A stretch of DNA of 64,000 nt from a virus (Duplodnaviria > Caudoviricetes), in IMG/VR virus record IMGVR_UViG_3300007513_000003; one strand, given 5' to 3'. A program made the translations under genes and the position numbers. This document shows positions 22,083-30,688 of this stretch, piece by piece; position 1 is the first letter of the stretch; every line of letters starts with the position of its first letter. The notes below the pieces were generated by a model that saw only the letters and a program-made list of their open reading frames with translations, had not been told where the DNA came from and searched no databases.

Positions 22083-22606
22083 AAACAAATTTTACTACAG
22101 TAGACGCAATACATATTGTTGAAAATTTAATAACTGCTGATAGTGGTTTTATGTATATGGCCACTTCATTAGGAAATGGTCATGATGCATTACAAACTCA
22201 TCCATATGTAAGTTTGGTTCAGTCATGCTTTATTAGAAAAGTTCCTTATATTTTTATATCAGATTTGTCAGACCATAGTAAAAATATTCAAACATACAAA
22301 AAGATATCTTTATTATTAGATGGCACAATTGACGGTAGTTTACATGGACGTATGAGAATGAATAGTCCCAGAGCCACTTTTATAGGCAGAGTAGAATTAG
22401 TAGACAAGAATGAACACAAATCAAAGTTTTTAGAAAAGCATAAGAAAGCAAGAGGATTTTTTGACTTTTTAGACTTTAATATGTATAGACTCAATGTCGA
22501 GTCTATTAGGTTAAATGGAGGATTTGCTAAGGCAGCTTGGATACGCACCAGTATTGATGAACAAGAATTTCTAAAGTTTGATACTACAACAATAGGAGGA
22601 ATATAA
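22058..22606 (+). CDS. HugZ/pyridoxamine 5'-phosphate oxidase-like (split-barrel) protein
   Basis: PYVSLV..IFISDLSDHSKNI...SLL...RATFIG...F.DF..YRL......GGFAKA pattern of the HugZ/HutZ family. Confidence 0.75.
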   Translation: MVEDDKSLETNFTTVDAIHIVENLITADSGFMYMATSLGNGHDALQTHPYVSLVQSCFIRKVPYIFISDLSDHSKNIQTYKKISLLLDGTIDGSLHGRMRMNSPRATFIGRVELVDKNEHKSKFLEKHKKARGFFDFLDFNMYRLNVESIRLNGGFAKAAWIRTSIDEQEFLKFDTTTIGGI

Positions 22607-22607
22607 A

Positions 22608-23384
22608 ATGGATAAGATATTAGACAAATCTGAACCATGGGTTGGTTCACAACACATTGATTTTAACGACAAATATGACATGTTTGATATTGCTAAGTTA
22701 AGAGAAGTTTTTTCTATACTTAGAAAATATAGAGAAACATATTATTCAGTTGAGGAAAAAGATAAATCTAAAGCACTGAAAAAAGTCTTAGATCTAATAG
22801 TAAAAAACAAAGATTATTATGATTCTATAGATATGGAAAAAATTCGCCCACTAGTTACTGACAAAAAAGGAACAGAAGGAGTTATATTAGTAGGGCAAGC
22901 AGATAATCCGTTGTACTCTCGTTTTAATGTTCTTGAGGACCAACACAGTATTAAAGAGTTTACTGATAATAAAAAATACATGCAAGAAATAGGAAAACAA
23001 TTAATTGAACATTTAAATTTGCAAGACTTTATTTTAGATTATGATGTAAATTACGTATGGTCAGCAAAAAATACTAGCATCGACTGGCATGTGGATAATG
23101 TTATAACAGTTCCGGATAGATTGTTAAAGTCTAATAACACTACTTTTACACCTATTGTTATAGCTATTAACTTAGATAGCGAAACTAGTAAACGTGGAGC
23201 AACAGAGTTTAGAGAAGGTGACAATTATTATAAAGTAGATACCTACAAGGTAGCGTTAATTAATAGTGGTATAGAACATCGTGTAGAAGCAACACCAAAT
23301 GAAAGACTTACGCTTAGAGTATGCCTATATGGTAAAACATTTGAAGAAGTAAAGGAGAAACTAATCAATGAAAAAATTAGATGA
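22608..23384 (+). CDS. 2OG-Fe(II) oxygenase-like protein
   Basis: WHVD...GATEF...N.G.EHRV....R.TLR (HxD...H...R) in the C-terminal half. Confidence 0.7.
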   Translation: MDKILDKSEPWVGSQHIDFNDKYDMFDIAKLREVFSILRKYRETYYSVEEKDKSKALKKVLDLIVKNKDYYDSIDMEKIRPLVTDKKGTEGVILVGQADNPLYSRFNVLEDQHSIKEFTDNKKYMQEIGKQLIEHLNLQDFILDYDVNYVWSAKNTSIDWHVDNVITVPDRLLKSNNTTFTPIVIAINLDSETSKRGATEFREGDNYYKVDTYKVALINSGIEHRVEATPNERLTLRVCLYGKTFEEVKEKLINEKIR

Positions 23385-24474
23385 AATTGTAATGACGTTA
23401 AGAACAAGATATCATAGTACTATGGATGTCTATATTGACGTATATGATACAGGGTTAAGTCGCAAATGGCTTACAGCGTTAAACGGAATACTTAACGACA
23501 ATTTAATACTTGAAAAAAACTATTGCTTTTTGGGTTTTGTAAACGGAAAACGATCAGGGCAATTGATTCTTGATGAAATCAACGATACGATAGACTTTAT
23601 TAACAGTAGTTCATTAAACTATAATATAGAAACAGCGCCATATACATTAGAAAATTGTATTAATTATGGTGAAGTAGGGTTTGGCCATCCAGGACTATCC
23701 ATTAAACATGAAAAGTTTAATTGGTTACATAGATGGTTTGAAGAATTACAAGGCATTGATACAGGTGATACGTCAACGTCAATGTCTCGGCATTTTAAAA
23801 ACGCCACACCTGAAGAAAAGTATCATATAAGGCAACTTAATTTGTTATGTCACGAGTTTGAAACATGGGCATTAACTAATCGTAAGTTAGTACAGGCGCC
23901 TGAGTGGATGCAGAAGTCACAATTAATGTGTTGGTTAAATGCACCACGCTTTGATTTAGTAGATGAATCAGACTTCGAAGGGTTTGGAATTGGTAGCTTA
24001 GACAAAGTGTTTGGCGGTGTTTATGTAGGTGTTAATAAAGCAGTTGGTAAAACGCATTGGGAAGTTTTTATAGATGAAGGTGGTGCATTAGATATCAGTG
24101 GTGGCAATACAATGACATTGGGTGAAATTACTATTGCATGCCGATCACAAACAAAAGCCGCAGGTGATTTTGATATTAGTTGGTCAAGGAAGTCAGATTT
24201 CCCACATCATAATGAACGAATTAATGAATTTATAAATTGGTTAAGGCAAAACGGATTAGATCCTGATGATCCAACATTAACATTGGGGCATCCACAGGTA
24301 GGACAAGTTAACTTACAAAAGTCTTTTAATACTGACATACCTTATCTAACTTGGTATATTATGAATGACTATTTAGATGTTTATAAGTTACAAACATCTG
24401 ACGCAAGTGCTACATTCGATTATTTTTGGCACGATAGTAACTTTAAACAATTACAAATAGATCAAATACGTTAA
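23368..24474 (+). CDS. hypothetical protein (paralogue of 29714..30640)
   Basis: 368-aa ORF; shares LHRxF, LNxxxH(E/D)x(E/D), GK, W and LGxV/I motifs with the 309-aa ORF. Confidence 0.65.
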   Translation: MKKLDEIVMTLRTRYHSTMDVYIDVYDTGLSRKWLTALNGILNDNLILEKNYCFLGFVNGKRSGQLILDEINDTIDFINSSSLNYNIETAPYTLENCINYGEVGFGHPGLSIKHEKFNWLHRWFEELQGIDTGDTSTSMSRHFKNATPEEKYHIRQLNLLCHEFETWALTNRKLVQAPEWMQKSQLMCWLNAPRFDLVDESDFEGFGIGSLDKVFGGVYVGVNKAVGKTHWEVFIDEGGALDISGGNTMTLGEITIACRSQTKAAGDFDISWSRKSDFPHHNERINEFINWLRQNGLDPDDPTLTLGHPQVGQVNLQKSFNTDIPYLTWYIMNDYLDVYKLQTSDASATFDYFWHDSNFKQLQIDQIR

Positions 24475-24482
24475 ATAAGAAT

Positions 24483-25310
24483 ATGAAAATATGCATCTCA
24501 TCCGGAGATAGTTTTACTTATGGTGCTGAATTACCAAATGATAGTATTGGACCTAGTAAATATGCTTGGAGTAATTTAGTATCTAATAAACTAGGAGCCA
24601 AGCACATAAACACGGCAGCTAGTGGAAGAGGCAATGCATTTATGGCACGGCGAGTGTTATATTATACTATTGAATTCTTAAAGAAGTATGATCCTGAAGA
24701 TGTTTTTGTACAAGTCATGTATACATTTATTGCAAGGCGCGAGTTCAAATTAATAAATGGAACATTGAATGACCAAATGTATAAAGTAGATTCAGAGTGG
24801 TTATCGTTAGATCCTTATGCCGCAACCAATGAAGTAAAATCTGAATGGTTTAAAAAGGTTAGTTCTGATGCTCCCAATTACGAAAGTACTAAAGCCACTT
24901 TAGAAAGAAAATATAATATATATAAAGAAGCAGGCATTGTAGACTTAGCAAAAGCATGGTATTATACTGTAAGCGATGAAGACGATGTATATACCAGTTT
25001 AAAAGAAATATTATTACTTCAAGAATTTTTGAATAGTAAAAATATTAAATACTTATTCACATACGTAGGACATCATACGCCTTCGCAATTATTTGAAGAT
25101 CATACTAATCAATATACTATTAATTTAAGAACATTAATTGATAAAGATGTATGGTTTCATTTTCCCGGAGCATGGCCAACAAGTAAGTATTTGGGATTCA
25201 ATGACTGGGCACTTATAAATAATTATGAATTTGCAACTTCGCATCCTTTAGAGAAAGCACACGAAGACGCGGCAGAGATAATTTATGAACACATTAAAAA
25301 AATACTATAA
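24483..25310 (+). CDS. SGNH/GDSL hydrolase-like protein
   Basis: GDSFTYG block I, G.GN block, C-terminal HP.E.AH. Confidence 0.75.
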   Translation: MKICISSGDSFTYGAELPNDSIGPSKYAWSNLVSNKLGAKHINTAASGRGNAFMARRVLYYTIEFLKKYDPEDVFVQVMYTFIARREFKLINGTLNDQMYKVDSEWLSLDPYAATNEVKSEWFKKVSSDAPNYESTKATLERKYNIYKEAGIVDLAKAWYYTVSDEDDVYTSLKEILLLQEFLNSKNIKYLFTYVGHHTPSQLFEDHTNQYTINLRTLIDKDVWFHFPGAWPTSKYLGFNDWALINNYEFATSHPLEKAHEDAAEIIYEHIKKIL

Positions 25311-25419
25311 AAAAGCAAAGTATCAAGCTATGCGTCCTATTAACGCAATTAAGCGTGAGATACGATATAGAAAGCGTTTAAAAGAACTTAAAAAGAGAGA
25401 TCCATTTATATACAAATAA
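25285..25419 (+). CDS. small basic protein (44 aa, ...KRLKELKKRDPFIYK)
   Basis: Not in the ORF track; read by hand; fills the gap between two genes. Confidence 0.5.
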   Translation: MNTLKKYYKKAKYQAMRPINAIKREIRYRKRLKELKKRDPFIYK

Positions 25420-25449
25420 ATATTTAAATATTTATTAATAAATATTTAA

Positions 25450-26520
25450 ATGAAAGTTGATTACTTACGTTATATAAGAAGCACACCTTCAATAAGTTCT
25501 ATTAGACACAAGTATAAATTGGGAGATAACCAATTACATCCTTTTAAAGAAGATGTTTATTGTATAATGCCAAGCAGTTCAATTCTTGTTAACAAACTTG
25601 GCCACGTATTCATCTGTTCATGCCATGGTCATTTACCTTATCTAATTGGTAATATAAAAGATTTTAACACTATAGAAGAAATATGGAACAATTCAATTGC
25701 TAAAAAACTACAAGAACATACTTCAGCAGGAAGCAGTTTTAAGTTTTGTAATACAGCAAAATGCACCGGGCCTATACGATTCGGTGATTTCCCTCAAAGG
25801 TATTCATTTATATTTGCTATTGATGATAGTTGCAATTTACAATGTCCAAGTTGCCGGCCAGAATTTAGGTTTATTAATAAGGGTCCTGAATTTGAGTTAA
25901 GAAAAAGTTATGCAATGCATTTTTTAGATTTGGTGTCAAACTTTGAACACGCGTCTTTAATAGAATTGGGAGGCGACGGAGAACCATTTGCTAGTGGAAT
26001 TTATGGTGATATAATCTATAATTATATTCCTAGAAAAAATCATAAATTTACAATTCGGTCAAACGCCACACGCATAAATTATAAAAAGCTTTTAAATTCA
26101 AAAGTTATGGATCAAGTAACATCTTTTGCAGTTAGTATTGATGCAGGAAGTGAAGAAGTATATAGAAAAGTGCGTTACCCAGGTAACTGGAGTACTGTTA
26201 TTGATAGTCTAGACTTTTTGAAAGAGAACAATCGTTATTTTCATTTATCATTCGTATTACAAAAAAATAATTATAGGGATGTTATAAATTTTGCAAACCT
26301 ATGTCAAAAGTACAATGTTGGTGCCACTATTAGTAGTATAGAAGATTGGGGTTCTTGGTGGGTTAACAATTACAATACCAACTTATTTTTAGAGCAAGCA
26401 GTTTTTTTGCCAAACAATTCATTGTACAGTGATTGCATAAACATGTTAAACAAACTTAAAAATCACCAACATTATAAAAATGGATATATAACATTAAAGG
26501 GTTCATTAATTAATATATGA
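25450..26520 (+). CDS. radical SAM protein, close paralogue of 19631..20767
   Basis: DDSCNLQCPSCR; GDGEPFAS; SIDAG; shares identical 20-bp DNA blocks with 19631 gene. Confidence 0.88.
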   Translation: MKVDYLRYIRSTPSISSIRHKYKLGDNQLHPFKEDVYCIMPSSSILVNKLGHVFICSCHGHLPYLIGNIKDFNTIEEIWNNSIAKKLQEHTSAGSSFKFCNTAKCTGPIRFGDFPQRYSFIFAIDDSCNLQCPSCRPEFRFINKGPEFELRKSYAMHFLDLVSNFEHASLIELGGDGEPFASGIYGDIIYNYIPRKNHKFTIRSNATRINYKKLLNSKVMDQVTSFAVSIDAGSEEVYRKVRYPGNWSTVIDSLDFLKENNRYFHLSFVLQKNNYRDVINFANLCQKYNVGATISSIEDWGSWWVNNYNTNLFLEQAVFLPNNSLYSDCINMLNKLKNHQHYKNGYITLKGSLINI

Positions 26521-26750
26521 TAGTAATCGACTACCACGGCTATTCCATACAAGAAGCATATGATGACATTATTGCTACTATTAAAGAATGCCATGAAGAA
26601 AGAATTAAAAAAATAAAAATAATTACAGGCAAAGGAAGTATTTGCCAAGAATTCCCACTGTGGATCGAATGTAGCCCACTAGTAAGAAAAATAGAACAAA
26701 GCGACGACGGCGGGTGCTTTTACCTATGGATATTAGTCAAGAAAAAATAA
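26517..26750 (+). CDS. Smr (small MutS-related) domain protein
   Basis: IDYHGYSIQEA...IKIITGKG motif. Confidence 0.75.
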   Translation: MIVIDYHGYSIQEAYDDIIATIKECHEERIKKIKIITGKGSICQEFPLWIECSPLVRKIEQSDDGGCFYLWILVKKK

Positions 26751-27373
26751 TATTCACAAACGGTGATAGTTTTACGTTTGGGGATGAGTTAGAACATCCG
26801 TTTTCTGAATGTTGGCCAGCCAAGTTGGGTGAAATAACTAGACTTCAAGTAGTTAATTTTGCACGTTCCGGTGCCGCAAATAATCGTATAGTAGAAACTA
26901 CCAAAAACTTTTTTAACGATTTGGCCAGACTATCTGTTTTTAATACTGGTAAAAGGAAATCATTGAATTCAGTAACTGAAATAGAATGTGCTGTAATACA
27001 ATGGACTTCGTATATTCGATTGGGGCCAAACGAAACTATACCAAAGAATATTGTGTTAGGAGAGAATGAAAAAAATTATCTATTAGATAATTTTTTTGTA
27101 CAAATAAGAGAATTACAGGATTTTTTCGAGTCTAGACGTATACCTTATTTGATGCTTAATGCTTTTGATAATGAAAAAGTAATACCACAATGTAATTCTG
27201 AGTTTAAAGACCTAGTTGACGATAAGTATTTTATAGGGTGGCCAAACCAAGCAATAGTTAATTGGGTGTATGGTATGGATCACGGTCCTAAAGGCCATCC
27301 AGGAAAATTGGCACATGCTGAAATAGCAGAGATTATCTATGAAAATATTAGGAATAAGTTGCGGGTTTCATGA
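26726..27373 (+). CDS. SGNH/GDSL hydrolase-like protein
   Basis: NGDSFTFGDEL, N.A.SGAAN, GHPG..AH; ATG 26726 preferred over TTG 26714. Confidence 0.75.
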   Translation: MDISQEKIIFTNGDSFTFGDELEHPFSECWPAKLGEITRLQVVNFARSGAANNRIVETTKNFFNDLARLSVFNTGKRKSLNSVTEIECAVIQWTSYIRLGPNETIPKNIVLGENEKNYLLDNFFVQIRELQDFFESRRIPYLMLNAFDNEKVIPQCNSEFKDLVDDKYFIGWPNQAIVNWVYGMDHGPKGHPGKLAHAEIAEIIYENIRNKLRVS

Positions 27374-29006
27374 CGCTGCCGCCAGTTTAATAGACGATTC
27401 TGGAAATATACTTTTTGCTGGACACGCGGAAAGATATAGTAAGCAAAAACACGACAATAACTTAAATTATGAATTAATAATTGACGCACTTAAACATGGA
27501 TTTCCCGAAGTTGTTTCGTATTACGAAAATCCATGGATTAAAAAAACTCGCCAAGCATATTCCGGACAATGGAAAGATGCATTAAGTTTAAAAAATCTTT
27601 CCATTAAAAAAATGCTTGTTAAGCAAACTGAATTAAGTTGGAATTTTACCAAACATTTTAATTATCATAATCACCATTTATCCCATGCCGCCGCGGGCTT
27701 TCAAACAAGTCCATTTAATGATGCAACTATAGTAGTTATTGACGCGATAGGAGAATGGGATACTATTACAATATGGAATGCACAATACAATCACAATGGT
27801 TATGCAAAATACGAAAAAGTTTGGGGTGCAAAATATCCAAATAGTATTGGTTTGTTTTATAGTGCTATGACTGATCGCGTAGGCCTACGCCCACTAGATG
27901 AAGAATACATTTTAATGGGAATGGCCGCATATGGATTTCCAATATATTCGCGAGACTTAATTGATACCTTTTGGGAAACAAATAACTTAAATAAAATAGT
28001 TTTTAAACTAAAAGAGAACTTACACGCTGGTACAAATTGGCGAAGTAATGAACTTCGGTACGGCGCACGGCTCGCGGCCAATTACTTGGCAGAAATGGAA
28101 GATCAAGATAATTATGACATTGCGGCATCTTCGCAACAAGTTTTAGAGTTTATGGTAGGCCATATTATGACTCACGCTAAAAAACATTGCAAATCTACAA
28201 ATTTAGTTTATATGGGCGGCGTTGCATTAAATTGCGTTGCAAATACAAAAGTAGCAAATAACTGGAATAATATTTGGATTATGCCTAATCCAGGAGATGC
28301 TGGTAGCAGTTTAGGTGCCGCCGCATTAACATATGGTAAAAAATTAAATTGGGAGCATCCATATCTCGGCTATGATATTAGTGGCCAATATCCAGAAGCA
28401 GAGATTATAAAAGAGTTGTTAGAAGGAAACATCGTGGGTGTTGCTAACGGTAAAGCAGAGTTTGGTCCAAGAGCATTAGGCAATAGAAGTTTATTAGCAG
28501 ATCCACGCGGTGATGATATTAAAGATAAAGTAAATGAAATAAAACGCAGACAAAAGTTTCGTCCATTTGCGCCAATGATATTAGAAGAAAGAGCACATGA
28601 GTATTTTGATATGCCAGATACTTTATTGTTTGAAACAGCAACTAGAGCAGATTATGCAAACAAACATGGCGTAATACTACATCGCAATAAAAGGAAATTA
28701 GCATCTCCTTATATGCAGTTTGTAGCCAAATGTAAGAAGCCAAAAGAGTTCCCGGCTATTGTACATGCAGACGGAACAAGTAGAGTGCAAACAGTAGGCC
28801 CAAATGATAATCCAAATGTAAGAAATTTACTTAAAATGTGGGAATACTATACAGGTTGTCCAATGTTATTAAATACCAGTTTAAATATTAGAGGTGAGCC
28901 AATGGTAAATGATGTTGCCGATGCTATAAGATTTACTAAAAAATATGGCATTCCTGTATATACTGCCGCCGGTGCAGTTACCATGGGTAGGCATGTGAGG
29001 TTTTAA
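27339..29006 (+). CDS. carbamoyltransferase (NodU/CmcH/TobZ family)
   Basis: ILGISCGFHDAAA, HHLSHAA, IDAIGE, GGVALN, DAG, EFGPRALGNRS, RPFAP, LLNTSLN.RGEP. Confidence 0.93.
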   Translation: MKILGISCGFHDAAASLIDDSGNILFAGHAERYSKQKHDNNLNYELIIDALKHGFPEVVSYYENPWIKKTRQAYSGQWKDALSLKNLSIKKMLVKQTELSWNFTKHFNYHNHHLSHAAAGFQTSPFNDATIVVIDAIGEWDTITIWNAQYNHNGYAKYEKVWGAKYPNSIGLFYSAMTDRVGLRPLDEEYILMGMAAYGFPIYSRDLIDTFWETNNLNKIVFKLKENLHAGTNWRSNELRYGARLAANYLAEMEDQDNYDIAASSQQVLEFMVGHIMTHAKKHCKSTNLVYMGGVALNCVANTKVANNWNNIWIMPNPGDAGSSLGAAALTYGKKLNWEHPYLGYDISGQYPEAEIIKELLEGNIVGVANGKAEFGPRALGNRSLLADPRGDDIKDKVNEIKRRQKFRPFAPMILEERAHEYFDMPDTLLFETATRADYANKHGVILHRNKRKLASPYMQFVAKCKKPKEFPAIVHADGTSRVQTVGPNDNPNVRNLLKMWEYYTGCPMLLNTSLNIRGEPMVNDVADAIRFTKKYGIPVYTAAGAVTMGRHVRF

Positions 29007-29010
29007 TATA

Positions 29011-29583
29011 ATGGATAAAAATACAATAGTAATATATGGCGCAAAAAGGAGTGGTAATCATTATTTGCAAAGTTATTTTAAAAACCAAGGGCATGAGTGC
29101 GAATTTAGACATGAAGCAGATTACGCTAAAAAATTATATGATGAAAAAGGAAAACATCTAATAGTTTTAGTGCGTAATCCTAGAGACCAAATTATATCTA
29201 ACTCTTATAGTATGTTTAATGCTGATAAAGATGGGTATAGCGTGGGCACAAAAAATCGACCATTAACAGATTTATCTCCGCAAGAAATACCATATCAAGT
29301 TGTTGGTTCAGCATGCCAATACCTTAAAGATTTTACAGATACCATGGTACCGCTTATAGCAACTCGCCCATACCAGTTCATATTATATGATACCATAGCA
29401 CAGAAAAATTTAAACAGTATATACACAAAACGCGATCTAGAATATTATAAAAAAGCAATCTTAAATTATGATGGTATTTTAGATGTGCTTAATAGAAGCG
29501 ACATAGAAGAATATTGTTTAAAAATATGGCGAGCGTTTAATCTTCAACAAACAGTTTTTTATCCTGAATTAGCAAATGTATGA
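29011..29583 (+). CDS. sulfotransferase-like (P-loop) protein
   Basis: IYGAKRSGNHYL 5'-PSB-like motif and LVRNPRD 3'-PB-like motif. Confidence 0.6.
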   Translation: MDKNTIVIYGAKRSGNHYLQSYFKNQGHECEFRHEADYAKKLYDEKGKHLIVLVRNPRDQIISNSYSMFNADKDGYSVGTKNRPLTDLSPQEIPYQVVGSACQYLKDFTDTMVPLIATRPYQFILYDTIAQKNLNSIYTKRDLEYYKKAILNYDGILDVLNRSDIEEYCLKIWRAFNLQQTVFYPELANV

Positions 29584-29588
29584 CATAA

Positions 29589-29596
29589 TATAAATA
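29589..29596 (+). promoter_or_regulatory. T4-type late promoter TATAAATA
   Basis: Exact match in an AT-rich intergenic gap. Confidence 0.55.
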
Positions 29597-29713
29597 TAAT
29601 TAATACTATAAAAATTTCTATAAAATTAATATAAACAAGTTCAATCAAATAATATTTTCAATTAATTAATAATTAAATTCGATCAAATAGTTTTTCGATT
29701 AGGAAAACATTTG

Positions 29714-30640
29714 ATGAACAGGATTGAACTAGTTAGCCAAGGGCGTTCTTTGGCAGTTATTGAGTTTCGGAATCATCCATTTGTTAACAAATGGTTCGAA
29801 CATTGGAAATATATAAACTCTAATTTCCAAGCATATACGCTAAATTATCTATATCCAACAAATTCGTGGAAGCCAGCACCGTCTATAGACATAGTTAAAA
29901 AATCAATTGATTCTATTAGAGACGCGGGGTTATACCTAAACTCTATTACAAATACACATATATTCCCATATGATTCAGATAATTTTCCAAGTTATGATAT
30001 TTTCTTAGAAAATGGATTAGAAGCACAGCAATATTTAAACACATTCCATAGGCATTTTACTAATGGTATTCGCGAACCTCATGGAAGAGATTTATTAAAA
30101 AATGGAATGATTAAAAAAGAAGAGGATACATCCAATTGGATTAACAGAATACAAGAAATCAACCAAGCAGTTCATGACTTAGATAGTTATACAAGAACTC
30201 CCCATTTGCAAAGTATTCCTATTTTAGATTATTTCAGTATACAGTATCATTTATATAATGAAAACATGTATCTGTCAGAAAGTGTTCATTGTCCTATTAC
30301 ACCCGAAGAATGTTTAAGTGCGGCAGATGATAGTAATAATTGGAATGTGTGGCTAAAAGTAGATTTACTAGGCAAAGATTACATAACAGGATTTATAAAT
30401 CATGATAATCCTACTGAATGGGATATACAATATTTAAATAATTATACTGGTATGTTTGTACTTTATCCTAACAAAACGCCAGTAGATTTTTGCAAAAACA
30501 AAATATTTTACAAATGGTTGCAACAATATAACTTAGAATATGATCCTAGAATGTGTGGCATTCCGCTTGGTAAAATAAACTATATTGTAGATGATTATCA
30601 TAATTATCATAATTCAGATTTATTGATTCAAGAATTGTAG
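29714..30640 (+). CDS. hypothetical protein (paralogue of 23368..24474)
   Basis: AGGA RBS; shared motifs with the 368-aa ORF. Confidence 0.65.
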   Translation: MNRIELVSQGRSLAVIEFRNHPFVNKWFEHWKYINSNFQAYTLNYLYPTNSWKPAPSIDIVKKSIDSIRDAGLYLNSITNTHIFPYDSDNFPSYDIFLENGLEAQQYLNTFHRHFTNGIREPHGRDLLKNGMIKKEEDTSNWINRIQEINQAVHDLDSYTRTPHLQSIPILDYFSIQYHLYNENMYLSESVHCPITPEECLSAADDSNNWNVWLKVDLLGKDYITGFINHDNPTEWDIQYLNNYTGMFVLYPNKTPVDFCKNKIFYKWLQQYNLEYDPRMCGIPLGKINYIVDDYHNYHNSDLLIQEL

Positions 30641-30688
30641 TAAATTCTATTAACAAAATTAAATATTATATACAGTAAGATTTCCCAC

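Noticed and set aside
29584-29710. AT-rich gap with four TTC(A/G)AT(C/T) repeats as a replication origin
   Set aside because: Spacing is irregular (17, 21, 16 bp), the unit is short in very AT-rich DNA, and no replication genes are adjacent.
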